Both the position numbers and the translations under genes were made by a program. The notes under the pieces are model-generated. The model saw only the letters and a list, made by a program, of their open reading frames with translations, searched no databases and was not told where the DNA came from. A DNA stretch of 63,468 nt, filler included, from Octopus bimaculoides (Eukaryota), in NCBI RefSeq assembly GCF_001194135.2. It is 6 parts of 6 records of this genome, joined end to end, with 100 filler letters (N's around TTAATTAATTAA, not from the genome) between each part and the next. Parts side by side here need not be neighbours in the genome. Positions count along the whole stretch, not along the records: positions 1 to 24,818 come from NC_068981.1; 5 more parts are not named here. One strand, 5' to 3'. Shown here piece by piece: positions 11,801 through 24,918 of this stretch (the first letter of the stretch is position 1; every line of letters begins with the position of its first letter).

Positions 11801-13814
11801 CGTCTCCCTCTCACTGCCTCCAACCTCATTGTCCGCACTACTCGCACACCCACAATTTACTTCCTCCCCAAAATCCACAAACATAACAAACCTGGCCGCC
11901 TCGTCTCCACCTGCAACTGCTCCACCGAACTCCACACATCTTGACCGTGACCTTGCCCCTCTAGTGGCTTCCCTCCCCTCTGACATCCATGACGCCAACT
12001 ATGCGCTTCGTTTGATCAACTCTTTCTCCTTCCTGCATGGTCCCTCTAAAATGCTCTTCTCTCACGACATCTGGAGTCTTTACACGGTGATCCTCACCAC
12101 GAGTGGCTGCATGCACTCCAACATTTCCTTGATCCTCGACCCAACCTCCAACCCGACACATCCACACTCGTTCGTCTCGCCGAACTTGTTATCTCACTAA
12201 ACTGCTTCTCCTTCGCTGGTGAATTTTACCAGTATTTCTCGGAATCACCATCGGAACGAGAATGGGCTCCAACAATGCGAACCTGTTTGTTGGCTACGTC
12301 GAGGCCCAAATTTTCCCACATTTCACTGGTCCCACTCCCTAACAATACGGCCGTTATATTGACGACTGTATCGAGGCCACCTCACACTCCCGCGAACATC
12401 TAGATTCCTTCCATCTTCAGTTTCCTCGCACCCCACCTCTCCAACACACAATTCTCCGAGTCTTCCGGCGTCTCCAGTTCGACCCTCCACTTCGCATATC
12501 TTACCTAACGGACCCTTTCCCTCCATCAAACGAGTCCACCTACAAGATCTCTTGTTCCACAGATTCTTCACTAACACAACTTACCAACCCGGCTTGTTCC
12601 CATGCTCCCGCCCACACTGCCGAACTTGCGCTTACCTCTCCAACACAACCCTCCTCACCGGCACCCATCATCGACCCTATCATATCACCTACTCCTTCAC
12701 CTGCACTTCTACCACTGTCATCTACTGAATCTTTTGCTCTCTCTGTGCCCTTCTCAATATATTGGACAAATGGGATGCCGCTTGGCTAACCGGTTCGCGG
12801 AAAACATCCGAGGCATCCGCCTTGGCAATGACAACCCACTCTCACGTCATTTTCGCTCTATCGGTCACTCTATGCAACACCTGCCTGTGTTCGGATTGTC
12901 CTTGCACAGGGGACATCCGGACACCCGTTTTCGCCGTGACAGGAATTAATCTTCCCTCTTCGCTCCGTTGCGCCATATGGGCTCAACACTCCTCCTCTCT
13001 TCATCTAACCCTCCTCCCCTCTACTCTTTTCCTCTTACACTTACTTCCTTCCACACATCTCTACTCACTTGCGCCGACTCCTACTTCACTCTTACTCTCT
13101 TCTCTTCTCTTCAATCCTACCCACCTTCTCCCTTCCCTTCTCACTTCATCGTCACTCCTTCCTAGTAATCCCACCCCTACGCAATACATCCCACCTTTAC
13201 TTTCCATCCCATCCCACCCCACCCCATCCCTTACACCCACTCCTACATACCCCAGCTCTACACATTCCCCAGCCTAACCCACACTCTACACTTACTTTCT
13301 CACTCTCACCTCCCCCACATCCCCACACCACCACGCCACACCACACTCCACCACACCATACACCACCATACCACAAATCACCAGATAACATCACACCACC
13401 ACGCACACACTAGCGCTGAACACCTCCCAGCCCCAAACCATATATGCACACCCCTACACATACACATGCACACACGCACACGTCAAGGTCACCAGCCGTC
13501 TTCAACAAGCATATACATGCTCTCTTACACATGCGCACGCGCACCTTCGTTTTGGGATCACCTCTACTTTATTATCTCCCCTTCATCCTAGCTCTCCCGT
13601 GTGACACCTCTGTCCGGTATTCACCACGATTGATCGCTTGCCACTACATATTCTTCATTCTCTCTCCTTGTTTTTTTCTGTGTTCCTTTCTGTGGAAGAG
13701 ATTAGGCTCAAAACGTTAATGACTTCTTCACTTCCGGTGCGTTAGACTAATACATCTGTTTTTTGTATACACCACCTCTTTTCGTCTCTTGTTTTTCCGT
13801 GAATTCCCCACTCC
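11801..13814 (+). mobile_element. Penelope-like element (Neptune-type), 5'-truncated: RT, GIY-YIG, C/T-rich spacer, terminal repeat
   Basis: TPTIYFLPKIHKHNKPGR, DIWSLYTVI, YGRYIDD, YIGQMGCRLANRFAEN; frameshifted; terminus homologous to 34545-34640. Confidence 0.85.
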
Positions 13815-14034
13815 ATATATATATATATATATATNNNNNNNNNNNNNNNNNNNNNNNNNNNNNNNNNNNNNNNNNNNNNNNNNNNNNNNNNNNNNNNNNN
13901 NNNNNNNNNNNNNNNNNNNNNNNNNNNNNNNNNNNNNNNNNNNNNNNNNNNNNNNNNNNNNNNNNNNNNNNNNNNNNNNNNNNNNNNNNNNNNNNNNNNN
14001 NNNNNNNNNNNNNNNNNNNNNNNNNNNNNNNNNN

Positions 14035-14076
<42 letters not shown>

Positions 14077-14989
14077 TGTGTGTGTGTGTATAAACACGGA
14101 AACAAACACACCGGAATGCAGAGGCACACGTACTTAATTGGGAAACCCTACCAAAAATTGCACTAAATATTCTAGACAATTGTTGCGATATAAATGTATA
14201 ATCTTGCTTGAAAATACATTTATGCTTAGATATCAGAAACTCTGTTTAGACATAACAAAAATAAATAGAAACAATATATATATGATGGAAATTTGTCACA
14301 GTCATTAAAATAAGGGATAGCGAATATTAAAAAATAACACCAAATGAATCACATAATTTTGGCTTAAACCCTATAAAATCTGATGAAAAATGTAAGTCAT
14401 CTTCCTATGAAACAAATACCAATTAATAGTTCTAAACACACGTTTCAAGATGACTTTTTCACACTCATCCTCAATATTACATTTAGAACACAGAGCAAAA
14501 TTTTCACTGTAGCTAATTAGAAATGATTAGCACTATATAAGTGTGCGTGTGTTAAAGAAAATGACACAACAAAACTAGAGGTGTTTGGAATTTATAGGAC
14601 ATTTATAAAGAGAAAGTTAGTTTTAAAGAAGTTTCCGGGATATCAGGGATATTCCTTCATCATAGACCCTATGAGATTGTCTACTGGAGAGAAATATTAG
14701 AGTTCAATATAAGGTGTCGCTTTCGAAAAGGATAGATATAGGAAGTATTAAGGAAAAGAAGAGAATAAAAATGAAAATAAAAATAATAATAAACATCATT
14801 TTCGAAGCAAGAGTCGAAATACGACCCACCCGTACCACTTACATACCCTTAACTGCCATCTTCGGTTTTCTGGATACCAATAGCTGTCATGTAGATATAT
14901 ATGTGTGTGTGTTTGTGCAGCAGTTCAGTAAAATATACCACTGGAATACGTACCAGGCTTATAGAACAAAGCAAATAAAGGCGTAGAGT

Positions 14990-15170
14990 TTTTCGCCTAA
15001 AATTTTTCATGGTGGTGTTGCAGCACCGGTATTTTCTGAGGATCTAGAACCTTATCCTACAAGATGCATCAAGATTCTCTTTGATGAAAGCGCTCCAACT
15101 GAGATTGTCAACAGTTACTCCTAAGTCGAGTGATATATATTAAATAATTCTCCGATGATAAACCTTCGGA
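14990..15170 (-). mobile_element. Small CR1-like LINE relic
   Basis: Minus DLGVTVDN-LSWSA resembles the CR1 motif DLGVxVDxxLxWS. Confidence 0.45.
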
Positions 15171-15638
15171 TCAATTTCTGTAAATATGTAATGTGTCGGA
15201 AATCGTACTATACGTTATGTCTGCATTTATTATATAACTCACTAACCTGTTTCAAACTTACGTCTTGTTTGACAGAAAATGGTATGTATGCATCTGTACT
15301 TAAATATGCATATTTATATGTGTAGCTATGTATACGCATGTAGTTCTGCATCTATGTATGTATATATNNNNNNNNNNNNNNNNNNNNNNNNNNNNNNNNN
15401 NNNNNNNNNNNNNNNNNNNNNNNNNNNNNNNNNNNNNNNNNNNNNNNNNNNNNNNNNNNNNNNNNNNNNNNNNNNNNNNNNNNNNNNNNNNNNNNNNNNN
15501 NNNNNNNNNNNNNNNNNNNNNNNNNNNNNNNNNNNNNNNNNNNNNNNNNNNNNNNNNNNNNNNNNNNNNNNNNNNNNNNNNNNNNNNNNNNNNNNNNNNN
15601 NNNNNNNNNNNNNNNNNNNNNNNNNNNNNNNNNNNNNN

Positions 15639-15671
<33 letters not shown>

Positions 15672-17229
15672 ACATCCTTAAATATACTATTTTCCTTTTT
15701 TTTTTCAGTGTTCAAAGAAGATATTAGAAATAATATTTCAATGAAGGAGCTCATTTTCACCGAAACCGTAAGTTGTATATTTCATTGTAATCACAGAATA
15801 AGAGGACAAAATATGCATTTCCTTCATGTAACAACAAGTTCCCTCATTAAATATCGTAAATTCAAACTCATTTATTTAGAATTTAATTATATTGCTTTCA
15901 GAACATTAATTATTTTCTCATAATCGACATGTATAATATTAAAAATCTGCGATTGAAGGATGGCGCTCAAAAAAATATTTAAATATATTTCATCTAATTA
16001 TTATACAGCGTTTTTCATGTAAATAAATCATTATCATATTAACGCAAAAATAGCCTATCTGTGCATGCTACGGAAAGCAAATCCTTTATCTGGGAATTAA
16101 ACATCAAATCATCAACGAAGCTCTCATTCTTATGACACACTCTATCTTAGTTTCTGTTTATCGTTTTGAATAATGAAATTTCATTCATAAATATATTTCT
16201 GAAGATAAAGCAATATCCGAAATACTCGTTTATCTACCAACGATAATATTAAATTAACCTGAAATTATATTTGTTTCCTTTTGCCATCACGAAATTTAAA
16301 GAGACAGGCCAATATAAATACATATTATTTTTTAATCACTTCAGGTGCACCAAGATTAAATGATCGAAATTTAGTTTAACTTAAGAATATAAAAGAACGT
16401 TGTGTATTACAGAATATGAGGTGAACCTCTGGGAATGGACGATAAACCTGAGCATACGTTCACATCTCAGATGCTGTTATATAACTTATATTAATTACAC
16501 CCCTTTGCCCTTTTACTTTATCAGATATGTTAATGATATACTTCAAGGTAAATCTTATGTATGCAACAGGCACTAATATTCCATAACACCCGAATATGAG
16601 TGCACGGTGAACAAGAAATTTCATTCTGGGTTGTAAAAGTAGCTTTCATTTAAAAATTTCCACGTTTGGCACCATTTGGAAATTTTTCGATCCAAAATGA
16701 AATTTTTAACGCGTGTCCAATTGCATTAGTTCTTATAATTTATTTTTTAAAATTAGTATGACTGGAGTATCCTTTTTGTATACTTTATTAGGTAAATTGT
16801 TTGATATGTAATATCTTTAAGCAAGAAACCAGGTGGAGTCTGAAATGTGAAATGAAGGCATGCATTGAAACTAACCTATTGTTTGCAGTCAATATGCACA
16901 GATATGCACTAATCAAGCAGCTCAACTATGTTAGGCACAGTCGTAAAGTACTATCTGCGCACCACTTAGAGCAATGACCTACTTATGTATCTAACTCTCA
17001 TCACACTATGGGCCTTCATTCCATCTCATCCTGGACTGCACTTATCTACATCTGAACTATTATGAATGTAATATTTATGACTAGTATTACCTGATGACAA
17101 GTGGTTTGTGCATTTTCCCATTTTAACTACACTAGCTTGGCTAATACCTTTCCTATAGCCAGTTCTTGTTTAGGAAAATCTTACGCCTGTGCCCTTAATG
17201 TTTAGTCACTCAGTCTATCTCTGCATAGA

Positions 17230-17532
17230 CGATATCTGCATAAATCGAAATCACGAATGACCATGGGATTGCACCTACAAAGTTCACCTCATACGCACAC
17301 ATCTTGGAAAACTGGCTTGTGGAATACCAATTGTCGTCCCTATGCCACCGATATGTCCAAGATAAATATAAAGGCCGAGCTGCAAGGCACCAGTGATGTC
17401 GCAACATATTTCCACAGCTGACTGTACTGCAGCAACGTGAAATAAATTGCTTTGCTGAAGTACACAAGACTCAGCCCCCGACCTCATGAATGTTAGCCTG
17501 ATTCTCTAACCACTGAGCCATGCGCCTTCACT
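17230..17532 (-). mobile_element. tRNA-derived SINE, family C
   Basis: Head gtgaaggcgcatggctcagtggttagag; core tgaaataaa..ttgct as in the family A variant. Confidence 0.65.
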
Positions 17533-17782
17533 ACGATATCTGGATAAATGCAAATATATATGTATGTTATTATCTGAATAATAAATTTTTACACCCCTCC
17601 TTTGTTGAAGGACACTGAGAGTCTCTGTTAATTTTTGCATCAAATTTCAAACGAGCGAAAAGCATGGCTCTATGAAGCTATATCAATAAGAAAGTAATAA
17701 TACATGGCAACATCCGCAGGCATGCACATATGTGTGCGTGTCTGTATAAATATATGTATGCATCTATTTATCAATCTCTCAC

Positions 17783-17821
<39 letters not shown>

Positions 17822-18090
17822 GGTTTTTTACTCATGAGGGTCGGATATCCAATTTCCTGGCAGACTAATATTTAAAAGACTAACTTTCATGCCATATTTT
17901 CGATGATATTTGAGATTATTAGCCCTATTATCTATTTCATTGTAATTCTGTTTTCTAAACGTGTCAAATACGCATGTAAAGTTTATATATATATGTATAT
18001 ATATANNNNNNNNNNNNNNNNNNNNNNNNNNNNNNNNNNNNNNNNNNNNNNNNNNNNNNNNNNNNNNNNNNNNNNNNNNNNNNNNNNNNN

Positions 18091-18121
<31 letters not shown>

Positions 18122-19187
18122 CATATAGAAAATATGTATGTATTTGCAATCTAGCATATCTTAAACTCGTTTGCTATTTCCGCTTCGATTTATATTTTCT
18201 CAGACGCTTGCTTACTTTACAAGTTTGCTAGCGTGGAGGAAGTCGTTTTTGCGATACGATAATATTATTTGTCCCTATTCATAACAACCCAAAATAAGTA
18301 TTTTGTCATTATGGTTACAACATATGTTTATTTTACATGCCTTGTATTTATTTTCATCTCGACTCGTTATGTTGAAATTTAGGATTTGATCTGACATTTC
18401 AGAACGGAATTATGTTGGGAAAAGCTAGAACTAGATAGATGGAAAACAAATGTGAATTGAATGAATTATTTCCAACAACCTGATAATAGCTTAATCTGTG
18501 ATTTATACCTTATCTGTTTATAAATCTATAATATTTACAAAATGTATTATCAGAATATTTTGCATTTTATGTCAAAGTAATTTGTTGAGATCTGTGTAAT
18601 TGCATGAATACCTTATAAATGTCGGTGGAATGTTCAGATTCTCAATCTAAATTAGTCATTCATTGAATAAAAAAATAATATTGTCATTTAAATATCGGTT
18701 ATGTATATGCGAATGTTCCTATAGGTTTTGTGTATTTAATTCATCAGATAAGCATATGTGAAATAAACCGTATTGATTTTTAGCAGGATAAAACAACTGA
18801 GATAAGGGAACATCATTGAATTACAAATATGTGCAAAACTGCTGTACAGTTTATTACTGATTTCAGATAAGGAAGAAAACTGAAATTAAAATATATTAAA
18901 ATGCCTATCCATACATTGCCGTATAATAGAGACCCAAACTGTTCAAAGTAAGAATTAGGAGGAATGATATGAAGAAAACAGCCAAGCAAATCGTTATATA
19001 CATCACAAATTTGTTTGTATTTTGCGAGTCAAGAAGTGATGTAATTAGTATGTTATTCTGTAATGATTATAGTTTATGTTATGGTTTAGTTTCCTTATTA
19101 ATATCTGTTGAAAAAGTAATCAGGTGATGACGAGGAGGAGGATGTTGGTGATGATGATATTTAGAAGAATGAAGATGGAACTGTCAT

Positions 19188-19298
<111 letters not shown>

Positions 19299-20960
19299 GG
19301 GTTACACCATCTTGCCACATTCGTGGATTTTAGGCACACACGACATATGTGGAATAGCTAAGAACATGTGTGCAGTGATCAATAACAACATGCCTAGTTG
19401 GAAAACATGCCTTTCCTGTAATAACCATCATTTTGCCGAGGTAAAAATCAAAAGGGGTATCTTCCAAGGAGAATCTTGTTCACCTCTGCTATTTGTTATC
19501 GCCCTGATCCCATTTTCTGTAGTCCAGTGCAAAGTCAACGCGCACAGTCAATTGAGAAAGGATGGACCACATCTTAACCATCTTTTTGTGGATGATTTAA
19601 AACAGAGCCTGAAATGGAGAGGCTGATTGAGAGTGTGCAAATGTACAGCAAGGATATAGGGATAGAATTCAGTATCTCGAAGTGCACAGTGCTTAATTTG
19701 CATAAAAAAAAAGAAAAAGAAGGTCATCACTGCATATTTCAAGCGCCTAAAACTTCTCTTGAAACCTTGTGACTGCCATCAACATATAGGCGGTTGCTGT
19801 AGTCCGCTATAAGGCATCCATCTTGAAATAGATACGAGCGGAGATTAACCAACTGAATCGCACTACCCGGATGACAATGACAATGCATGGTGTCCTCCAC
19901 ACTAAGACACATGTACGCATGATTTACATGATTATATGTAAAGGTGGACGTAGGCGGATTAACGCACGTGAGTGCATCACTAGTGAAAAAAAGACATGTC
20001 AGATTACTTGGTAAACAGCAAACCAAAAAAGGACTTCAGAGTGCTCATGAATTCCGAGCACGGACGGCCAAAGAGAGAGAAAAAAAACACTACTGGGCAT
20101 GCAATAACATCGTCATTTCCACCGTGAAGATAACAGTGTATACGACCAGGAAGCTTCATGGAGTGGCTGAAAATCGGTGACCTAAAAAAGAAGACTGAAA
20201 TCTTAATCATCGCTGCTCAGGACCTGGCATTGTATACCAACTCTGTGAAAAAAATATATACTTCAGAAGTACAACAGACCTCTGCAGAATTTGTGGTAAG
20301 GAAGTCGAAAGTGTGACTCATATTGTTAGTGCTTGTGAAAGTGTTCCGCAGAAAGAGTAGGAGCGTAGACACGACAAGGATGCCTAAATTCTCCACTGGC
20401 TACTATGCCATAAGTATGGATATGAAGTTGGTACCAACACACACTGGAAAAGAGAATGGACGAAAAGGGACTTTTCTGGGACTTTAAGCTCTAGACAGAC
20501 AATACATTAGAACACTGAAGGCCGGATATAGTAATATTTAGGAGCGACAAACAATAGTGCCTAATAATTGACCTCCAAAGGCCAGGAGATCAACGTATCA
20601 ACATGAATGAAAGACAAAAGTTTGATATATATGTAGACCTGAAAATTGAGATCGTTAAGATGTGGAAACTAAGAGGGTAAAAAATAATGTATAACCCTAT
20701 TGACATTGGATCATTGGGTTCAATACCACCTAATCTAAAAAAAAATCGTCAGATAACTTTAGAAATGTCCTACAATATAGATGTATTGCAAACGTCGATA
20801 TTATTTGGAACTGTACGCATATTGCGTAAAATACTGTCGGTCTGAGGTCATTTGACGACCTGTACAAAACACCGGTAGACACAATATATTCAATAAACAA
20901 ACTCACGATATTGTATACTGTGCGACGTCTATTATAACAACAACAACAATAATAATAACT
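19299..20960 (+). mobile_element. R4/Dong-like LINE, 5'-truncated and decayed (RT, CCHC, REL endonuclease)
   Basis: PHSWIL, KIKRGIFQGESCSPLLFVIALIP, HLFVDDLK, CRICGKEVESVTHIVSAC, PDIVIF, IGSLGSIP. Confidence 0.85.
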
Positions 20961-21059
20961 ACCTAAAAAATGAAGAAACAAATGAACACAAAAATATAGA
21001 CCCAAAACTTACTTAACAACATTTTAGAAACTGCTAATATCTGACGTGTCTGAAAATAC

Positions 21060-22903
21060 CCATAGCTTTTTAATAGTAAGTGGCATATTCCCTAATGCGC
21101 AAAAAAGATGTGAACTTGGATCTTATGGTTCTAAAGATCAGCTACTCATCAATGATATGATCTTGGTAGATTGCCACAAACGACAAAAACCTTGACAATA
21201 GCCTGGATAGATTATAGGAAAGCTTTTGATTGTCTAGAAATGTATAAAATAACACCTATTCTGCGAAACTACTTGTCTGTAAGTACGAGATCATGAAATA
21301 CCACTTTGATTTGAGTAGTGACAATCAATCGCTTAATGCTAGAGATGTAAGAATTTCATGCAGCATTTTCCAGTGTGATACTCTATCACCATTCTTCTTT
21401 TGTCTATCCTTAATACCTCTCACGGAACTGCTCAATAATGCACAATACGGTTAAAAAAAAATTGATAAAAATATAAATGATCTGATTTATATGGATGATA
21501 TAAAGCTCTTTGCAAAAACTACAGAGAATACTAGCGACTGTTAAACAATTCAATGATGTCATCAGGATGCAATTTGTCCTCGATAAATGTCTAAAAGCTA
21601 CATTTCTCAAAGGAAAAATTAGAGAACGTCCAATGTTAATCTTGACCAGCCGTTGTCATTAAGGCATTAGAACCAGCGGAGAGCTAGAAATACATAGGGT
21701 CATCTGAAGGGGACGGATTCAAACTCTCAGTGATGAGAAAAATGGTCAGGAGAGAATGGTATCGTCGGGTAAGGGTAATACTCATGACAAAGCTGAATGC
21801 ATGAAACAGGATCGAAGCGATCAACATTTTAGCCATACCAGTCGCGGCTTACAGTTTCAATATCATTAACTGGTCAATTACTGGAATATGTAATCTTGAA
21901 AGAAAAATACGAAAATGTTTGACAATGCGTAGAATACACCGGCCTAAGGCAGATATAGAACGAATTCACCTTCCACGAAAAGACGGTGGCCGTGGACTTT
22001 TACAAATGGAATTAACAATGGTGATTGTAACAATTGGCCTAAACACCTACCTGGAAAACTCAGATGATTGGATGTTAAAACTTGTCTCAATGCATGAAAA
22101 GTAAAAGGGCAAAGGGGTGTAATTAACATAAGTTATATAACAGCATTTGAGATGTGAACGTATGCTCAGGTTTATCGTCCATTGCCAGAGGTTCACCTCA
22201 TATTCTGTAATACACAACGTTCTTTTATATTCTTAAGTGAATTCCGAACAAAACAAATTCCAGAATTATACGTACAGGCATGATATAGGAGCACAATATA
22301 TTCATTGGGTAATTTGCAAAACCTTGGACTTGCCCCATGATAAAATCTAATGGGAACACAAACCACCTCCTGTGCTTGAATATGATCACATCTCACCCCT
22401 CTGGATATTCACTATTCAAACGCACAAAAATATAGATGCGAATAGGCCAGACGTTATATTGAAATACTTCAGACAAAAATCATACATCATCATTCATACG
22501 ACTGTCCAAATCGATGTAAATGTATCTGTCAAGATCTACCTAAAACTGGTATAAAGATCTTGAAATAGAAATTGACAGAATGGGGAACCTCAAGACTAAT
22601 ACAATGCCTGTTGTCATAGGTACCCTAGGAACGAAAGCGAAAGGGTCTGATCGCTACCTAGATCAGATACCAAGAAACCCATATCCTACGTAAAATACTA
22701 TCTACGTTATCTGAAATTATAAAACAAACTCATAATTTTCTTATGTTTCTTAAACATTCTCTAGAGCAATACTAGGTGCAAAACCAAATATATGACTCGC
22801 TAGGCATAACACAAACATGAGCTAATAACGTGTTGTCTCATTAGGTTTCTGGGTGAGACTTGGAGTCAACTTGTACAAATACAAAGCAAACGTCAAACAT
22901 ATG

Positions 22904-22972
<69 letters not shown>
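21060..22972 (+). mobile_element. R4/Dong-like LINE, decayed, with (TAA)n tail 22904-22972
   Basis: GSKDQLLIN, AWIDYRKAFD, YMDDIKL, HRPKADIERIHLPRKDGGRGLLQME, NRPDV. Confidence 0.85.
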
Positions 22973-22973
<1 letters not shown>

Positions 22974-23817
22974 GAATAATTTATCCAAAAACATCGGAAA
23001 TAAAGACATCGCACGGAGCCAAAAAAATAGCGAGTAAGTAATACTCATTGAAATTTATTTCTATTTTTCCAAATATAATGATGTATTTTAACTTGATACC
23101 TCCACTACCCGCACAGCTATCGTAAACACACGTGTGACATCAAAGTTCAGACCATCTCCAAACCCAAACACCATGTACAAAAAAATTACAAACATTATAT
23201 AACACCGGTATTATTACACCCAAGAATAACAACCGAGAAGTGCGTACTGTAAGCTTATTACGCAAAAAGTACGAAGGTCTGAACGTGCAAAACAATCTGA
23301 CAACAGAAATGAACGATCCGGTACCCTACGAAAACGATGACCGTCAAAATAAAGGGCCGGACGGTGTTCCTCATATCCCGCAAACAAAANNNNNNNNNNN
23401 NNNNNNNNNNNNNNNNNNNNNNNNNNNNNNNNNNNNNNNNNNNNNNNNNNNNNNNNNNNNNNNNNNNNNNNNNNNNNNNNNNNNNNNNNNNNNNNNNNNN
23501 NNNNNNNNNNNNNNNNNNNNNNNNNNNNNNNNNNNNNNNNNNNNNNNNNNNNNNNNNNNNNNNNNNNNNNNNNNNNNNNNNNNNNNNNNNNNNNNNNNNN
23601 NNNNNNNNNNNNNNNNNNNNNNNNNNNNNNNNNNNNNNNNNNNNNNNNNNNNNNNNNNNNNNNNNNNNNNNNNNNNNNNNNNNNNNNNNNNNNNNNNNNN
23701 NNNNNNNNNNNNNNNNNNNNNNNNNNNNNNNNNNNNNNNNNNNNNNNNNNNNNNNNNNNNNNNNNNNNNNNNNNNNNNNNNNNNNNNNNNNNNNNNNNNN
23801 NNNNNNNNNNNNNNNNA

Positions 23818-24818
23818 AAGGAAGGCAAAACAAATCTAAAGCCTGGGAATAACGAAGGGAAACCTAATAATTACGATACTATGAAAATGAGAATAACCGA
23901 AGAACTGAAAACCACAGATCTTAGAATGGACCACAGATTATATCTCCCAAAAATCAGAATAGACAATAAAACAACATCAATAATAAATAGCATACACATG
24001 GCCGTCACCGAACTAACAACCACAGAAACAACAAGCAATATCACTGAGCTAAATGACATAATATATGCGGCAGCCACTGCAGCCACAAAAGAAGCAGGAT
24101 ACTCACTCAAACCCATCCGAACAGGAGTTCTACCACCCAAACAGACCTTGTGGACAAAAAACAGCCAGAACAAAATTTTAAAAGAAAGAGAAAAGATTTA
24201 TCGATTCTCAACGAAATTAGTAGACAATCAACACAACTAAGTAACAAAACGAAAACAAAAAATACTGTACAAATACAACATTACAGAAAAAAGACTTACC
24301 TGAGGCAAAAGAAAAACTAAAGCAAGACATCCTTGACAAAGTACAAAGGATCCGCCGGTATGAGAAACGCCAAAGTTTCTTTGAACAAAACAAACACTTC
24401 AAATCCGGCCCCAAAAACTCTACCAACAAGTGGGTAAAAATAAAAGAGACATTACTGCAGCACCAACAGCAGAAGAACTGGAAGAATTCCGGAAACAAAT
24501 ATGGTTGGTGAAGCAACAACAACCCCAGAAAAGGACCATTAAAACAGCGAACTTTGCACCTGAGCAACTCTGGGCCCCTATAACAAATGAAGAGGTCACC
24601 CAGACACTGCAAAGACTAAGCAACTGGAAGGCACCTGGACACGACAAGATCCGCGACTTCTGGTTAAAACACCTGCCAGGAATGCATAAAAAGCTGGCAG
24701 AAAACGTTAACAACATACTAGCAGAACCAGAGACAATGCCTGAATGGCTCACGAAAGGGAAAACCATCTTAATCCCCAAATCCACGGAAACGGAGAAACC
24801 ACAAAACTATAAACCTAT
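23818..24818 (+). mobile_element. R4/Dong-like LINE, pre-RT and RT N-terminus; few disruptions; cut by scaffold end
   Basis: ITNEEVTQTLQRLSNWKAPGHDKIRDFWLK..PEWLTKGKTILIPKSTETEKPQNYKP; 23100-23389 across the gap may be its 5' part. Confidence 0.85.
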
Positions 24819-24918
24819 NNNNNNNNNNNNNNNNNNNNNNNNNNNNNNNNNNNNNNNNNNNNTTAATTAATTAANNNNNNNNNNNNNNNNNNNNNNNNNN
24901 NNNNNNNNNNNNNNNNNN
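24819..24918. other. Artificial scaffold linker 44N-TTAATTAATTAA-44N
   Basis: Identical 100-bp structure occurs five times. Confidence 0.97.

Noticed and set aside
24863-24874. TTAATTAATTAA as a biological motif or piggyBac site
   Set aside because: Synthetic linker
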